From positions 56,854,001 to 56,918,000 of the forward strand of contig NC_086097.1 of NCBI RefSeq assembly GCF_963921235.1: 64,000 bases of DNA, in the 5' to 3' direction. Both the position numbers and the translations under genes were made by a program. Source of the stretch: Mobula hypostoma (lineage: Eukaryota). Shown piece by piece: positions 49,211-63,845 of this stretch. How positions within the stretch are numbered: the first letter of the stretch is position 1; each line of letters opens with the position of its first letter. A model generated the notes under the pieces. The model was not told where the DNA came from. It saw only the letters and a list, made by a program, of their open reading frames with translations, and searched no databases.

Positions 49211-51347
49211 ATTTACCTCAGGAAGAGATCCTGCTAAATTTAATTCTGACCCAAATTTTAATACCAGGAGCTTGCACAAAAATTGTCAAAAGTGGAAAGT
49301 GATTTTAGCATTTGCCCAAAGCGATTTTAGGAATAGTGGATTCTGTTTCTTGCCTATTGCAGGAAGGATCTATACCATTGGTAGTAATTTGGTGCACATT
49401 TTATGCTGTTTGGAGTTGAGAGGCAAAGGAAGTAGCTACACTTCACCTGAACTAATCTGTTCACCAAACAGTGAATGTAATGTTCACCGTTTTAGTGGCC
49501 ACACTACAGGAAGAACATAGTGTGTGTAAAAGTATTTTTGGGATTTTGTCTAAAATGGAAGGCTATAGTCATAAGGAGAGATTGGGTTTATTCTTACTGG
49601 ATAGATCTTAAGATAAAATGGGAGAAAGGCTTAAAGAAACAAGACGAAGATGATGGGCATCTGAATAGTTACGGACCAAGTAAAGTGCATTTTGCTAAAG
49701 TCTATAACAAATTAAATATTGGGTTACCATGAATGAATGTTTAAAGAAAAAACTAAACTAAAACTAAGGTGGTTGTTCATCGTGTCAGATGATGACAAGG
49801 AACCTATGTGGGGAAAAGTGGAAAAGCTGTTGTATTGGGATAGTTTCATTCTCTTGACCTTGAAAGTCTGGGTTCAGTGGTATGACCTGGCGTCTTCCTT
49901 GGTTGTAGTAGATGACCATGACTACTTCTGTGCTTCATCATGTCTTTTGCTGTCCATGGAGCACTGCGGAACCACCTTCCTGACCATTGCATCTCACTGT
50001 AGATCTCATCCGCCCAGTCCATTGGAGCTGACTTCACATGCTAGGACAGCTGTGTCCCTATCTTACCAGAGTACATAGCCTCATACTAAGAAATACTAAA
50101 AGAGAAAAGGAAAGTCTACTAGCAGTCCTTGTGAAAGAAATGTGCAGTAATTGCTACAGTTTTTTTTAAAAGATAATTTTGCGGACTGAAAAAAGGGGTA
50201 GAAAGGTAGAAAAAAATAGACAAACCAGTAAATTGAAAAGATAACCCTTAAGGGCTGATGGCATGCATTCATGAATACTTAAACTAGGGATGAGTTAGAA
50301 ACACTAGTTTATATTTTTAAGCATGACCTTTTAGAATAATTCCAGAGGACTGGGTAGTTTGCTGATTTTTAATGAAAGGACTTTGACAATGAAATGTTCA
50401 CTTGATTTCTTTCTCCATAGATGCTGTTTGATCTGATTTTTTTTGGTGTTTCCTGTTTTATTTTGTTTTTTTACTACCACAGCATTTTTATTTCTGTTTG
50501 TTAGCTTCTTATTTAGAAGAAGAGGGTTGGAAACTATAAACTAGTAACCTACATGTCATTTTGTTAAAATGCTTTTGAATATAGAGTGAATACCAGATTT
50601 AACTCGCAGCCGAAAGTACATCAATGGGGTTGAGAGGGGGAGGCTGAATGGATTTCAAATAATAAAGAGATACTTAAACTAATGGAATTATTTCGGAGAA
50701 ATGACAGAATAAACATAAATCAGTATCTGCCATGTAGTTGAGTTTCAAAAAGCCTGGTTTGACAGATAAAGGTATGTAAAATTGGGATTACAGCTGAATG
50801 GATAGCAATTTGGCCTAAATAGAAAGTGGACAGTAACATTAAATCATGTTGGAGAATGATTTTAAAAAGCACTATTTCGTTATGATCTTGGCACCACTGT
50901 TGAACTTACAGAAAAATGATATCAAAATATGTAGACAATACTAAACTTGGCTACTGAGGAAGAGTTATGTAATTCAATAAAATAAGTTTAGAACTGAGCA
51001 GTTAAGTAACTTTGAAGTGGTGGATTTTGGTAGGAAGAACAAGCAATGCCTTTAAGTGCAGACAGGGCGTAGAAGCAAGGAAGAAAGTGCACAAATAAAG
51101 TCTTAAAATGCAGCAAGAGTGAATGAGAGAAAATTCAGCTATTGGGAAAGATTGCATATGTTGGGACTTTTTCATTCCTACAGTAAGAGACGGATGATGT
51201 GAAAAGTCTTAAAATATTTAATTGAATAGATGAGATGATTTCCATGAGGTTAAAATCCAAACCCAGGGAAAAAGGAGATGATTTTTTTATTCATTTGTTA
51301 AATTGTGGCACCTACTAATTTAAGTAATTGAGGCACTTAGCATATAG

Positions 51348-51584
<237 letters not shown>

Positions 51585-52112
51585 TAAGGAATTCTTGAGA
51601 TTTAGCAACACTTTCATAAGCTTTACCAAGGGTTAGCTAATTTCAATTTTATTTCTGAGTGTTGATGTCTTGTTAGAGCATTGTTCCAATAGCGTTACTT
51701 TTTACAAGTGGCTGTTGTTATTTAACTGTGGAGAAGTGAGAGACCACATAACCAATGATGCTGTTGCTGCATATTAAATTCTGTATTTTAACCAAGAATG
51801 TGAATCTTGGAATGAATTCAATACCTAATTAACTTCAATCTTTTGGCAGTTTAATATCATTGCATCCCTGCAAAAGTTTTAAGCCACTTTGTTGTCTGCT
51901 AAATTTGATACAAGTACTTAATTATGTTCATTCCATATGATGAAAGTTGTCAAAGTCTTGATTTTCACCTTGTTAAATTTATAAATATTTGGTTGATAGA
52001 TTAGAGTTGATGTTAAATTAGGAGTAATGTTTCCTTTTAAAATGAAAGAGCACACACACATTTGTGATCTCATACTTTAATCTGTTTTTGTCCTGTTTTG
52101 TTGATTGCACAG

Positions 52113-52236
52113 CACAGCCATTGGGATAAGATGTAAAGATGGAGTTGTCTTTGGAGTAGAGAAACTGATTCTTTCTAAACTATATGAACAGGGCGCTAAC
52201 AAGCGTATTTTTAATATTGATCGTCATGTAGGAATG
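52113..52236 (+). CDS. PSMA3: PSMA3 exon 3
   Basis: gcacag|[17 protein letters not shown]...HVGM|gtaaga. Confidence 0.98.
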
Positions 52237-53487
52237 GTAAGATTTTTTTAAAAACTTCCTTAAAAATAGTACTTTTAATGTTGCAATAATATCCCAATGT
52301 TTCATAATGTTATTGAACAAAACATTGCCAACCAGTCACAAACAAATAATAGGGCAAATGGCTGTTGAATGAGGTTGGTCTTAAAGACTATTAAAGGAAG
52401 AATAAGCGATATATATTTTAGAGGAGAATTAAAGTGACAGGCAAAAGCATATTTATGAACAGTGCCAGAATTTTAAAATGGTGAATACTATTGAGGTTAA
52501 TGTTAGCTGCACGTGTATGACAGACTGCTGGATGGTGTGCAAGACTATGGTGAAATTTGAAAGCAAGGTTCAGAATTTTGAAATGAAAAGGAGACTGGTA
52601 GGAATTGCCAAATTCAATGGTGAAGTGTGAACAAAACTTGTAGTGGATGTTTTAATTTCCTCAAGTTAACAATAGAGTAAAGCATGCCAGGCAAGAGTGT
52701 TTTCACAAATGAGGCACTGACTAGGGTTTCAGTTGCATCTGAGCTCAACAGTGTTAGGGAGATGAAAATAAATTGCCTCATTGATAGTGAGGATGAGGTT
52801 TGAAACTCAACGCAAAATGAGATATGACACAAAAATTGGTAAATTGGCTTAGTTTTAAATAATTTATGTGGAAAAGCACAATATGCATAGTTAGAGACTG
52901 AAAACATTTTGTTTTCCCAGTATATAACCTGGATGAAACGTCCTTTAATGCAGTATTGCATATTGAACAAGTTTAGCATATAAGCAATCTAGAGTTTTTG
53001 TTGATTGGCATTAGGTAACATTATGTTAGTTTGTAATGTGGAATGAAACATGGGCAACATAGTGGAATGGTTGTGGGAAAAGTAGATGTTAAGCCTACAC
53101 CAAAGACAGGAACCAAAAGATTAAGCATGGCTGGAGTTGCATCTATTTTAATGCAGGGGGTATTGTAGGTAAGGCAAATAGGCTTAGAACATGGATCAGC
53201 ATGTGGAATTATGATATTTTAGCCATTAGAGAGATTTGATTGCAAGAGGGGCCAGCACTGGCAGCTCAATGTTCCATGGTTCTGTTGTTTTAGATATGAT
53301 AGAGAGGAGGTGGGGTGGCATTTACTAGTCAGGGAAAATGTCACGGGAGTGCCCAGAAAGGACAGATTGGAGGCCTTGTCTACTGAAGCTATATGGGGGG
53401 AACTGAGAAATAACAAAGGGATGATCATGTTAATGTGATTATATTGTAGACCATGCAATAGTCAGTGGAATTTAGAGGATCAAATTA

Positions 53488-54399
53488 CAGTCGGCCCTCC
53501 TTATCTGTGAGGGATTGGTTCTGGAACCCCTCGCGGATACCAAAAAACGCGGATGCTCAAGTCCCATATTCAACGTGTCTAAATGCGGTGGACCTTAGGA
53601 CCCAGCGGATCCCCGGACCTTATTTAAACTGTTTCAGTGCGGTGGACATTAGGACCCGGCGGCGGAGCTCTGAATCCACAGTGTTCCTGCTCATGAAAAT
53701 AATCACGATCGCGATTTACAATATAGTGGAAATAATAAAGCGATCAGAAAGAGGTGAAACGCCAACAGTCATTTGAAAAGCGTTAGACTACAGTCGGTCA
53801 ACGATCAGAACAATTTTAAAGGATAAAGTGAGAAAGGCCCTGCCCGATTAAAGCTACAATTATTACTAAGCAACTCAGTGGTTTAATTATTGGGTTTTGG
53901 AGTTTTGGGTTTTTGATCCTTCACATCAACCCAGCATGGATGGAGAGTGCGCTCGGGAGCGGTCTGTCACTGGATCGAACTCGGGAATTTCCGTTCCTGA
54001 GCCCAGCGCTGAAACATATAAGTGTTTTATATGCATAGAAAGGTAAAATATATACTATACTAAGACAAACGTGTGACTAACTGACACTAAATAATACCGG
54101 ATATACCTGTTCTCTTACTTAGTAAGAGAACTTCCGCTTTTTTTTCAATCCCGATCCACGNNNNNNNNNNNNNNNNNNNNNNNNNNNNNNNNNNNNNNNN
54201 NNNNNNNNNNNNNNNNNNNNNNNNNNNNNNNNNNNNNNNNNNNNNNNNNNNNNNNNNNNNNNNNNNNNNNNNNNNNNNNNNNNNNNNNNNNNNNNNNNNN
54301 NNNNNNNNNNNNNNNNNNGGAGGAGCACTTCTGGGTTTTCTCGATTCGCGATTGGTTGAATTCGCGCGTGCAGAACTCGCAGATAAGGAGGGCCGGCTG
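53488..54399 (+). mobile_element. MER2/Tigger-like non-autonomous DNA transposon
   Basis: TA flanks; TIRs cagtcggccctccttatctg / cagataaggagggccggctg. Confidence 0.88.
54161..54318. other. Assembly gap (158 N)
   Basis: Run of N. Confidence 1.
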
Positions 54400-55676
54400 T
54401 AGTAGAGATTGCAGACAGTTGCAAAAGATAAGATTGTGATATTAGGTGATTTTAACTTTCCACATAGACTGGGATTCTCATGTTGTAAAAGAACTGCATG
54501 GGATAGAGTTTGTCAGATGTGTTCAGGATAGTTTTTTTAATCAAAATGTAGAGATGTAGAGGTGCCAACTAGAGAGAAGGTGATACTGGATCTCCTGTTC
54601 TCTGTCTGTAGAGGAACACTTTGAATCTAGTAATCATAATTCCGAATTCCGTCATTTCAAGATAATCATAGAGAAGGATGAAACTGGTCTCAGGTTGACA
54701 TCCTAAATTGGAGAATGGCCAATTTTGATGATAACAGAAAGGTTGTGGCAGGTGTGGATTGGAACAGGTTGTTTTCTGGCAAAACAATGCTTGGTAAGTG
54801 GGGAAAACTTTCAAAAATGGAATGTTGAGTAGAATCTCAAGGGCTTCTACAGATGTATTAAGACCAAAAGGATAGCAAGGGACAGAATTGGTCCACTTGA
54901 AGATCAGCGTGGTCATTTGTGGATGGAGCCGAAGGAGATGAGGGAGATCTTAAATGCTCTTCTTGCATTTGTATTTACTTGGGAGACAGACAATCTGAAG
55001 TAAAACAGCAGTGAAGTCTGGATTACAGAAAATTAGGTGCTTGATATCTTGAAGCAAATTAGAGTGGATACATCTCCAGGGCTTGACAGGGTATCCCTTT
55101 GGATCTTGTGCAGAAACTGCAGCGGCCCCTGCAGGCATACTTAAAGCATCCTTAGCTAAGGTGAGGTGCTGGAGGACTGCAGGATAGCTAATGTTATTAT
55201 GTTATTCATGAAAGTCTGTAAGAATAAATCGGGAAGTTAGAGGCTGGTCAGTAGTGGGTAAATTATTGGAAAATATTCTTGGGGATAGAATATATAAGTA
55301 TTTGTATAGAAGGGACTGATTAGGGGCAGTCAGCATGGCTTTGTGCATGGTACATCATATCTAACCAAACTGGAGAGTTTTTCAAGGAGGTTACCAGGAA
55401 GTTGGTGAAAGAAAGACAATGGATGTTATCGACATGGACTTTAGGAAGTCCTTTGACAAAGTTCCAAATGGGAGGCTGGTCCAGAAGGTTCATTGGCTTG
55501 GTATTCAGGATGAAGGAGTAAATTGGATTATCGGGAGAAGGCAGAGAGTGATGGTAGTTGTTGCCCCTCTGACTGGAGGCCTATTACTAGTGGTGTGCCG
55601 CAGGTATGAGTGCTGTGTCCTTCGTTGTCATCTATTTGAATGATTTGGATGGTAATGTGGCAAAATGGATCATGAA

Positions 55677-58600
55677 TTCAGATTCTGAATCATTGGGACC
55701 TCTTTTGGGGCAAGAGTGACCTGTACAAAAAGGACAGGTTACACTTGAATCCCAGGGGGACCATTATCCTGGCAGGGAGGTTTGCTAAGGCTGTTAGGGA
55801 GAGTTTAAACTAGGATTGCTGGGGGGTGGGAACCAAACTAAAGAGGTGGAGGAAGAGGCAGTTGGCTCCAAAAATAGAGAAAGCTTAGAGACAGTGCGAG
55901 AGGGAGGATAGGTAGGTGATAGAGAAGGGACGCGCTCAGACCAGTGGTTTGAGATGTGTCTATTTTAATGCAAGGAGTATTATGAACAAAGCGGATGAGC
56001 TTAGAGCGTGGATCAGTATTTGGAGCCATGATGTTGTGGCCATTACAGAGACTTGGATGGCTCAGGGACAGGGATGGTTACTTCATGTGCCAGGCTTTAG
56101 ATGTTTCAGAAAGGGCAGGAGGGGGGGGTAAAAGAGGTGGGGCGTGGCACTGTTGATCAGAGACAGTGTCATGGCTGCAAAAAAGGGGAAGACATGGAGG
56201 GATCGTCTACAGAGTCTGTGGGTGGAAGTTAGGAACAGGAAGAGGTCAGTAACTCCACTAGGTGTTTTCTTTTAAAGACCACCCAATAGTAGCAGGGACA
56301 ACGAGGAGTAGATAGGGAGACAGATACAGGAAAGATGTAATAATAATAGGGTTGCCGTGGTGGGAGATTTTAATTTCCCAAATATTGATTGGCATCTCCC
56401 TGGAGCGAGGGGTTTTGATGGGATGGAGTTTGTTAGGTGTGTTCAGGGAAGGTTTCTTGACACAATATGTAGATAAGCTTACAAGAGGAGAGCCTGTACT
56501 TGATCTGGTACTGGAAAATTAACCTGGTCAGGTGTCAGATCTCTCAATGGGAGAGCATTTTGGAGATAGTGATCACAATTCTATCTCCTTTACCATAGCA
56601 TTGGAGAGGGATAGGAACAGACAAGTTAGGAAAACGTTTAATTGGAGTAAGGGGAAATGCGAGTCTATCAGGCAGGAACTTGGAAGCATAAATTGAGAAC
56701 AGATGTTCTCAGGGAAATGTACGGAAGAAATGTGGAAAATGTTCATGGGATATTTGCGTGGCGTTATGCATAGGTACGTTCCAAGGAGACGGAAAGGATG
56801 GTAGGGTACAGGAACCATAGTGTACAAAGGCTGTTGTAAATCTAGTCAAGAAGAAAAGAAGAGCTTACGAAAGGTTCAAAAAACTAGGTAATGACAGATA
56901 TCTATAAGATTATAAGGCTAGAGGGAAGGAGTTTAAGAAAGAAATTAGAGCCAGAAGGGGCCATGAGAAGGCCTTGGCAGACAGGATTAAGGAAAACCCC
57001 AGGGCATTCTACAAGAGCAAGAGGATAAGACGTGAGAGAATAGGACCAATCAAGTGTGACAGTGGAAAAGTGTGTATGGAACTGAAGGAGAAAGCAGAGA
57101 TACCTAATGAGTACTTTGCTTCAGTATTCACTACAGAAAATGATCTTGGTGATTGTAGGAATGACTTACAGCAGACTGAAAAGCTTGAGCATGTAGATAT
57201 TAAGAAAGAGGATGTGCTGGAGCTTTTGGAAAGCATCAAGTTGGATAAGTCATCGGGACTGGATGAGGTGTACCCCAGGCTACTGTATGAGGTGAGGAAG
57301 GAGACTGCTGTGCCTCTGGCAATGATCTTTGCATCATCAGTGGGGACGGGAGAGGTTCTGGAGGATTGGAGGGTTGCAGATATTCTTCCATTATTCAAGA
57401 AAGGGAGTAGAGATAGCCCAGGAAATTATAGACCAGTGAGTCTTACTTCAGTGGTTGGTATGTTGATGGAGAAGATCCTGAGAGGCAGGATTTATGAACA
57501 TTTGCAGAGGCATAATATGATTAGAAATAGTCAGTATGGCTTTGTGAAAGGCTGGTCGTGCCTTACGAGCCTGATTGAATTTTTTGAGGATGTGACTAAA
57601 CACATTGATGAAGGTAGAGCAGTAGATGTAGTGTATATGGATTTCAGCAAGGCATTTGACAAGGTACCCCATGCAAGGCTTATTGAGAAAGTAAGGAGGC
57701 ATGGGATCAAAGGGGACATTGCTTTGTGGATCCAGAACTGGCTTGCCCAACAGAAGGCAAAGAGTGGTTGTAGACGGGTCATATTCTGCATGGAGGTCAG
57801 TGACCAATGGTGTGCCTCAGGGATCTGTTCTGGGACCCCCTACTCTTTGTGATTTTTATAAATGACTTGGATGAGGAAGTGGAGAGATGGGTTATTAAAT
57901 TTTTTGATGACACAAAGGTTGGGGGTGTTGTGGATAGTGTGGAGAGCTGTCAGAGGTTACAGCGGGACATTGATAGGATGCAAAACTGGACTGAGAAGTG
58001 GCAGATGGAGTTCAACCCAGGTAAGTGTGAGGTGGTTCATTTTGGTGGGTCAAACATGATGACAGAATATAGTATGAATGGTAGGACTCTTGGCAGTGTG
58101 GAGGATCTGAGGGATCTTGGGGTCCAAGTCCATAGGACACGCAAAGCTGCTGCGCAGGTTGACTCTTTGGTTAAGAAAGCGTATGGTGTATTGGCCTTCA
58201 TCAATTGTGGGATTGAGTTTAGGAGCCGAGAGGTAATGTTGCAGCTATATAGGACCCTGGTCAGACCCCACTTGGAGAACTGTGCTCAGTTCTGGTCACC
58301 TCACTACGGGAAGGATGCTTGCAAGGATGTTGCCTGGATTGGGGAGCATGCCTTAAGAGAATAGGTTGAGTGAACGCGGCCTTTTTTCCTTGGAGCAACA
58401 GAGGATGAGAGGTGACCTGATAGAGGTGTATAAGATGATGAGAGGCATTGATCGTGTGGATAGTCAGATGCTTTTTCCCGGGGCTGAAATAGCCAACACG
58501 AGAGGGCACAGTTCTAAGGTGCTTGGAAGTGGGCACAAAGGAGATGTCAGGGGTAATTTTTTTACGCAGATAGTGGTGAGTGCGCGGAATGGGCTGCCAG

Positions 58601-58777
58601 CAACGGTGGTGGAGGTGGATACAATGGGGTCTTTTAAGAGACTCTTGGACAGGTACATGGAGCTCAGGAAAATAGAAGCTATGGGTAACACTAGGTAATT
58701 TCTAAGGTAAGAACATGTTCGGCACAGCTTTGTGGATCGAAGGGCCTCTATTGTGCTGTAAGTTTTCTATGTTTCTG
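55677..58777 (+). mobile_element. Younger CR1 LINE with near-complete APE-RT ORF2 (frameshifted)
   Basis: YFNARSI, AITETW, SDHN, YMDFSKAFDKVPH, KFFDDTK; ttctatgtttct tail. Confidence 0.93.
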
Positions 58778-59710
58778 TGAAATGTATGGATGACGTCAAG
58801 ATTGGGGGTGTAGTGGATAGCAAGGAAGGGTACCAATGCTTTTAGTGGGAAATGGACTAGCTGGAAAAATGGGCTTAGAAGTGCCAGATGGAATTTAATG
58901 TAGACAAGTGTGAGGTGTTGCATTTTGGGAGGATAACCAGGGTAGGACATAGTAAACACAAGGGCACTGACATCTGTGGTAGAACAAAAGATTTTGGTAT
59001 ACATGTGCATAATTACTTGGAAGTGGTCTCATAGGTAGATAAGGTCATAAAGAGAGCTTTTGGCACATTGTCCTTCATAAATCAGACTATTGAGATTTTA
59101 TGTTAAAGTTGTAGAAGATGTTGGTGAGGCCAAATTTGGAGTATTGTGTGCAGTTCTAGTCACCTTTTTATAGAAAAAATCTCAATAAGATTGAAAGAGT
59201 ACAAAGGAAATTCACAAGGATGTTGATGAGACTTGAGGGTCTAAGTTATAGGAAAAAGTTGAGTAGGTTAGGATTTAATTTCCTGGAGTACAGTGGAATG
59301 TGGGGAGATTTGATAGAGGTATACAAAATTGATGGCTCTAGATAGGGTAAATGCAAGCAGGCTTTTTCTACTGAAGTTGGGTGACACTGGATTTAGAGAT
59401 CATAGGTTAAGAGTGAAAGGTGAAATACTTAAGGGGAAGCTCGGGGGGAACATCTTCATTCAGAAGATGGTGTGAGTGTGGAACAAGCTGCTAGTGTAAA
59501 TGGTGGATGCAGGTTCAATAGCAATGTTTAAGAGATGCTTGGATAATACATGGATGGGGAGAGTGTATGGAGTGCTATGGTCGAGGTGTGGGATGATGAA
59601 ACTGTGGAATTAATTTGATATGGATTAGATGGACGAATAGCTATTTTCTGTGTTGTAGTACTGTATGATTCTAGGACCCTAAATGCTATTAATATTGCTT
59701 CATCCAACAG

Positions 59711-59812
59711 GCAGTAGCAGGTCTTCTGGCAGATGCACGATCTCTTACTGATATTGCAAGAGAAGAAGCTTCCAACTTTAGGTCCAATTATGGATATGAT
59801 ATTCCACTGAGG
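59711..59812 (+). CDS. PSMA3: PSMA3 exon 4
   Basis: caacag|[34 protein letters not shown]|gtatga. Confidence 0.98.
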
Positions 59813-60115
59813 GTATGAGATCTACTTTGTAATGTTAGCATGGCTCTTAATTTCTCCCAGGTGAACTGCACAATTTAACACACAAAGCTTAAATATAAGT
59901 ATTGAATAAACAATGTTTTCTCTCAAGTGTGCTTTAAGTCAAAGCAAGTGTTTTTACTTTCCACTAGTCCTGATCAAAATAGTTTTGGCTCAAAATATCA
60001 ACTGTTCATTTCCCTGCATAAATGCTGCCTGAGTTACTGAGTTCCTCCATAACCTTGTATACGTTGCTGAAAATTTCCAGCAACACCAAAATCTCCTGTG
60101 CCTTTGTTACAGCTA

Positions 60116-61662
60116 TGGTTGCGAGAAAAAAATTTGTGAACCCTTTGCAGTTACCTGGTTTTCTGCATTAATTACTCATAAAATGTGGTCTGATCTCCAT
60201 CTAAGTCACAATAATAGAAAAAACACAATCTGCCTAAACTAACAACACACAAACTTCTTGTCAATATACTAAGTACAGCATTTAAACAGTCACGGTCTAG
60301 GTTTAAAAAAAGTATGTGAACCTCTGGAGTAATGTCTTCTACAAAAGCTATTTAGAGACAGGTGTTCCAATCAATGAGATGAGATCAGAGGTGTGGGTTG
60401 TAGAGGTGCCCTGCCCTATAAAAAAGACACAGTCACGTTACTGATAGAGCCTGCTCTTCTGAAGAAAGGTCAATTTATGTGCACCATGTCTCGATCAAAA
60501 CAACTTTCAGAGAACCTTGAAAGAAGAATAGTAGAGATGCATGAAGTTGGAAAAGTGTTCATCAGTCCACAATAAGAGAAATTGTCTACAAATGAAGGAA
60601 ATTTAGTACTGTTGCTGCTCTCCCTGGAAGTGGGCGTCCTGCAAAGATCACACCAAGAGCACAATATGCAATGCTGAAGGAGGTGAAAAAGAACCCAAGG
60701 GTAACAGCAAAAGACCTGCAGAAATTTCGAACTTGCTAAACTCTCTTTTCATAAGAAAAACACTGAATAAGAATGGTGTTCATGGAAGGACACCACGGAG
60801 TAAACCACTGGTCTCCAAGAAAAAAACATTGCTTCATGTCTCAAGTTTGCAAAGGACCACACCTGGATAATCCACAATGCTTCTGGGACAATGTTCTATG
60901 GACAGATGAGAAAAAAGTTGAACTTTTTGGCAGAAATGCACACCGCTATGTTTGGAGGAAAAAGGGCACTGCACACCTGCACAAAAACTTCATCCCAACT
61001 GTGAAGCTTGGTGGAAGGAGCATCAAGGTTTGGGGCTGCTTTGCTGCCTCAGGGCCTGGACAGCTTGCAATCATTGAGGGGAGCAATGAATTCAAAATTG
61101 TATCAAGACATTTTACAAGAGAATATCAGGGTAGCGGTCTGTTACCTGAAGCTTAATAGAAGTTGGATGTTGCATTGAGACAATGATCTGAAACGCAAGA
61201 GTAAATCAACAACAGAATAGTTTAAAAAGAAGAAAATTTGTGTTTTGGAATGGCCAAGTCAGAGTCCAGACATTAACCCAATTGAGGTGCTGTGGCATTT
61301 GAGGATGACTGTTCATACAAGGTATCCCAGAAATATTGATGAGCTGAAACAGTTTTGTATGGAGGAATTCCTTCTCACCATTGTGTAAGTCTGATCAGTA
61401 GCTGCGTGAAACATTTGGTGGAGGTTGTTGCTGTTAAAGGAGGTTCAAACAGTTATTAAATACAAGGGTTCATGTACTTTTTCTAGCCTGGACTGTGGAC
61501 GATTAAACAATGTGATCAATACAAACATGAAAAGTACAATTGTTTGTGTGTTATTAGTTTGGGCAGATTGTGACTTGGACGAAGATCAGACCACATGTTA
61601 TGAGTAGTTAATGCAGAAAACCAGGTAATTGCAAAGGTTTCACAATCTTTTTCTTGCAACAG
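60116..61662 (+). mobile_element. Tc1-like transposon with long inverted repeats and a decayed transposase
   Basis: TA flanks, ~200-bp IRs, VLWTDE, DND, SPDINPIE. Confidence 0.92.
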
Positions 61663-62118
61663 TATATAGAGAATTTTTGCATGTACTTTTGGTACAAAAA
61701 CATAAATGCTGAGTGGTTATTGAACTGTTTTCCAGTTTTGAAATGCATTAGTTATGTTAAGTACCTAATTTGCCTGAGAAATGAAGAATATATATATATA
61801 TTTTATAAAGACAATTTTGCTTGTCATTTGTGAAATAAAAGATTGGACTTGCATATCTCTCATCTCCCGCCAAAATGATACTCTGAAAATTAGACTGGAA
61901 TGGAATGGGACATAAAGTCCAGATCTTGAAGTATAAATATTGTATTGAAATCTGAAATAGTGCTAAAAACTGTTTAATCATTCTAATTTAAAGCAAAAAT
62001 GAGTATCAGTGCATTGTACTGGGTATTTGAAAATAGTTTGAGAGGTCTGTCCTCAGGAATTAGGTACTTGGGCTGATTTGGAACACTGTATTGTAATCTT
62101 ATACTTCAATTTTATTAA

Positions 62119-62214
<96 letters not shown>

Positions 62215-62473
62215 TAATTTTAATATATGTTTCCATTAAGTGTAATTTTATCTTCTGTTCATATAGTTGATTTAAGCCACTGATTGTATCATTGTGTGGG
62301 AGAGTGGGGAATATGGGCCAACAGCTGTAATATTGTTTTGAAATATGGGATGTTTGATAAATACAGAAATGCATACTTAACTGTACAAAAATACTTCAAC
62401 TATAATTAGATCATTTAAATCAAGTTGAAAATCTTTGACCAAAATTTATTCCAAGATGTTTTTCTCTTTATAG

Positions 62474-62546
62474 TTTTATTATGGGGTCTTATGACAAGGA
62501 TGATGGTGCTCAGATGTACATGATTGACCCTTCAGGGGTGTCCCAT
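62474..62546 (+). CDS. PSMA3: PSMA3 exon 6
   Basis: tttatag|FIMGSYDKDDGAQMYMIDPSGVSH|gtaagt. Confidence 0.97.
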
Positions 62547-62899
62547 GTAAGTGTCTCCAATTGCATATATAAAAAAAGTACAGCTTTCAATATAAACCAA
62601 TGCCAGGAAAGCAAGTAGATATTATGGTAGTTTTGCATAGCGATGTACAACCAATAGAGCAGCCATGTGCATTTTTGAAAATTTCCTGTATTTGACATGT
62701 TTAAGAACTTCAATCTACAACTTGCACCTTTTGATTTAAAACATGTTCAGTATTGACCTGCATTTTGCCATTTAAAGTAGGTGTAATTAAACTTACTCAT
62801 TTCAGAACATTGGGGGTTTTGTTAGCATTACTACAAGCAGCATCAAATTTGTAGTGTAAATTCATCCTAAAATTGGGTATACTTTTGGTATGGTGTCTC

Positions 62900-63180
62900 T
62901 GAACTGAGGTGATAGTTGAGAGTCAACTACACCAGTGGATTTGGAGTTAGAAATAGGCCAGACCAGGGAAGGATGGCAAATTTCCATCCTTGAAAGATGC
63001 AAGTGAACCCCAAATAGATTGTTAACAATCCAGTAGTTTCATAATTATTGTAACAGAAACTAGGTTTTTGAGTTCCATATTTATTTGAATTTGGACCCCT
63101 TAGTTGGTGGGATTTGAACTTGTGCATCCTGATTAGTGGTGCAGTTTTTAAGGTGTTGGTGTAGTTATTTTACCACTATT
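62900..63180 (-). mobile_element. Old tRNA-derived SINE
   Basis: Minus-strand B-box gttcaaatccc; body resembles chondrichthyan SINEs (from recall). Confidence 0.5.
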
Positions 63181-63639
63181 TCAAGAGATAAACCAACTAT
63201 ACTTATTTTGTGTATTTGGTTAAAAAGTTCCAAAGAGGACAAACATCTGGGGAAGATTCTCATCTCTATGCTGAATGTCGTATGAGACACATGTCCTATG
63301 GAGACACTGACCTTTATTTTGAGAAAGCCTTTTTAAGGAAAATATCAAGATCAGTTTGCTTAATCTCTCCTTGATGAGGCAGATTCCAACTTGGGGATCT
63401 AACTGGTGTGCCTTCTTTACATTATCACAAGCTTATTCTTTCTTCACAACCAAGCAAAGGTCTTAAGTCCTGCCATAAGTGCAGCAAGACTTCTTTACAA
63501 AATTTTGTGCAATAAAGGGCTTCATACAGATTAGCTTTTTAGTTGTTTTCGGGACATGGAAGTTAACCTTCAGCAGTTTGTATATAAAGACACCAGGTCC
63601 CTCATTACACAAGCATTTTTCAATCCTTTGCTACTTAAA

Positions 63640-63845
63640 AACTCTCTTTATATTTTACAAACAAAATGGACACCTCACACTTTTCTGCATTAAATTCCAT
63701 TTGTCATGAGCTCGCCACTTTTACTTAGCTTGTCCACAATCTCTTAAAGCCCTCTGCACCCTTCTCTCAATCTACAGTAGCCTCAGCTTAGTATCATCAA
63801 CAAACTTGGATACATTACATTTGGTTCCTTCATCCAAATACCAAT
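63640..63845 (-). mobile_element. CR1 LINE RT fragment
   Basis: Minus-strand SKFVDDTK and MEFNAEKCEV. Confidence 0.75.

Larger units (their letters stand above)
53150..59675 (+). mobile_element. Older CR1 LINE (53150-55676 and 58778-59675) hosting a Tigger-like element and a younger CR1
   Basis: GDFNFP, MDFRKSFDKVP remnants; resumes at DDVKIGG. Confidence 0.82.

Noticed and set aside
54119-54424. 101-aa ORF
   Set aside because: Artefact of reading through the N gap.
56974-58698. Active or domesticated reverse transcriptase gene
   Set aside because: CR1 ORF2 is broken by stops and frameshifts, and the catalytic motif reads FFDD.
60486-61455. Functional Tc1 transposase
   Set aside because: Multiple stops, frameshifts and deletions.
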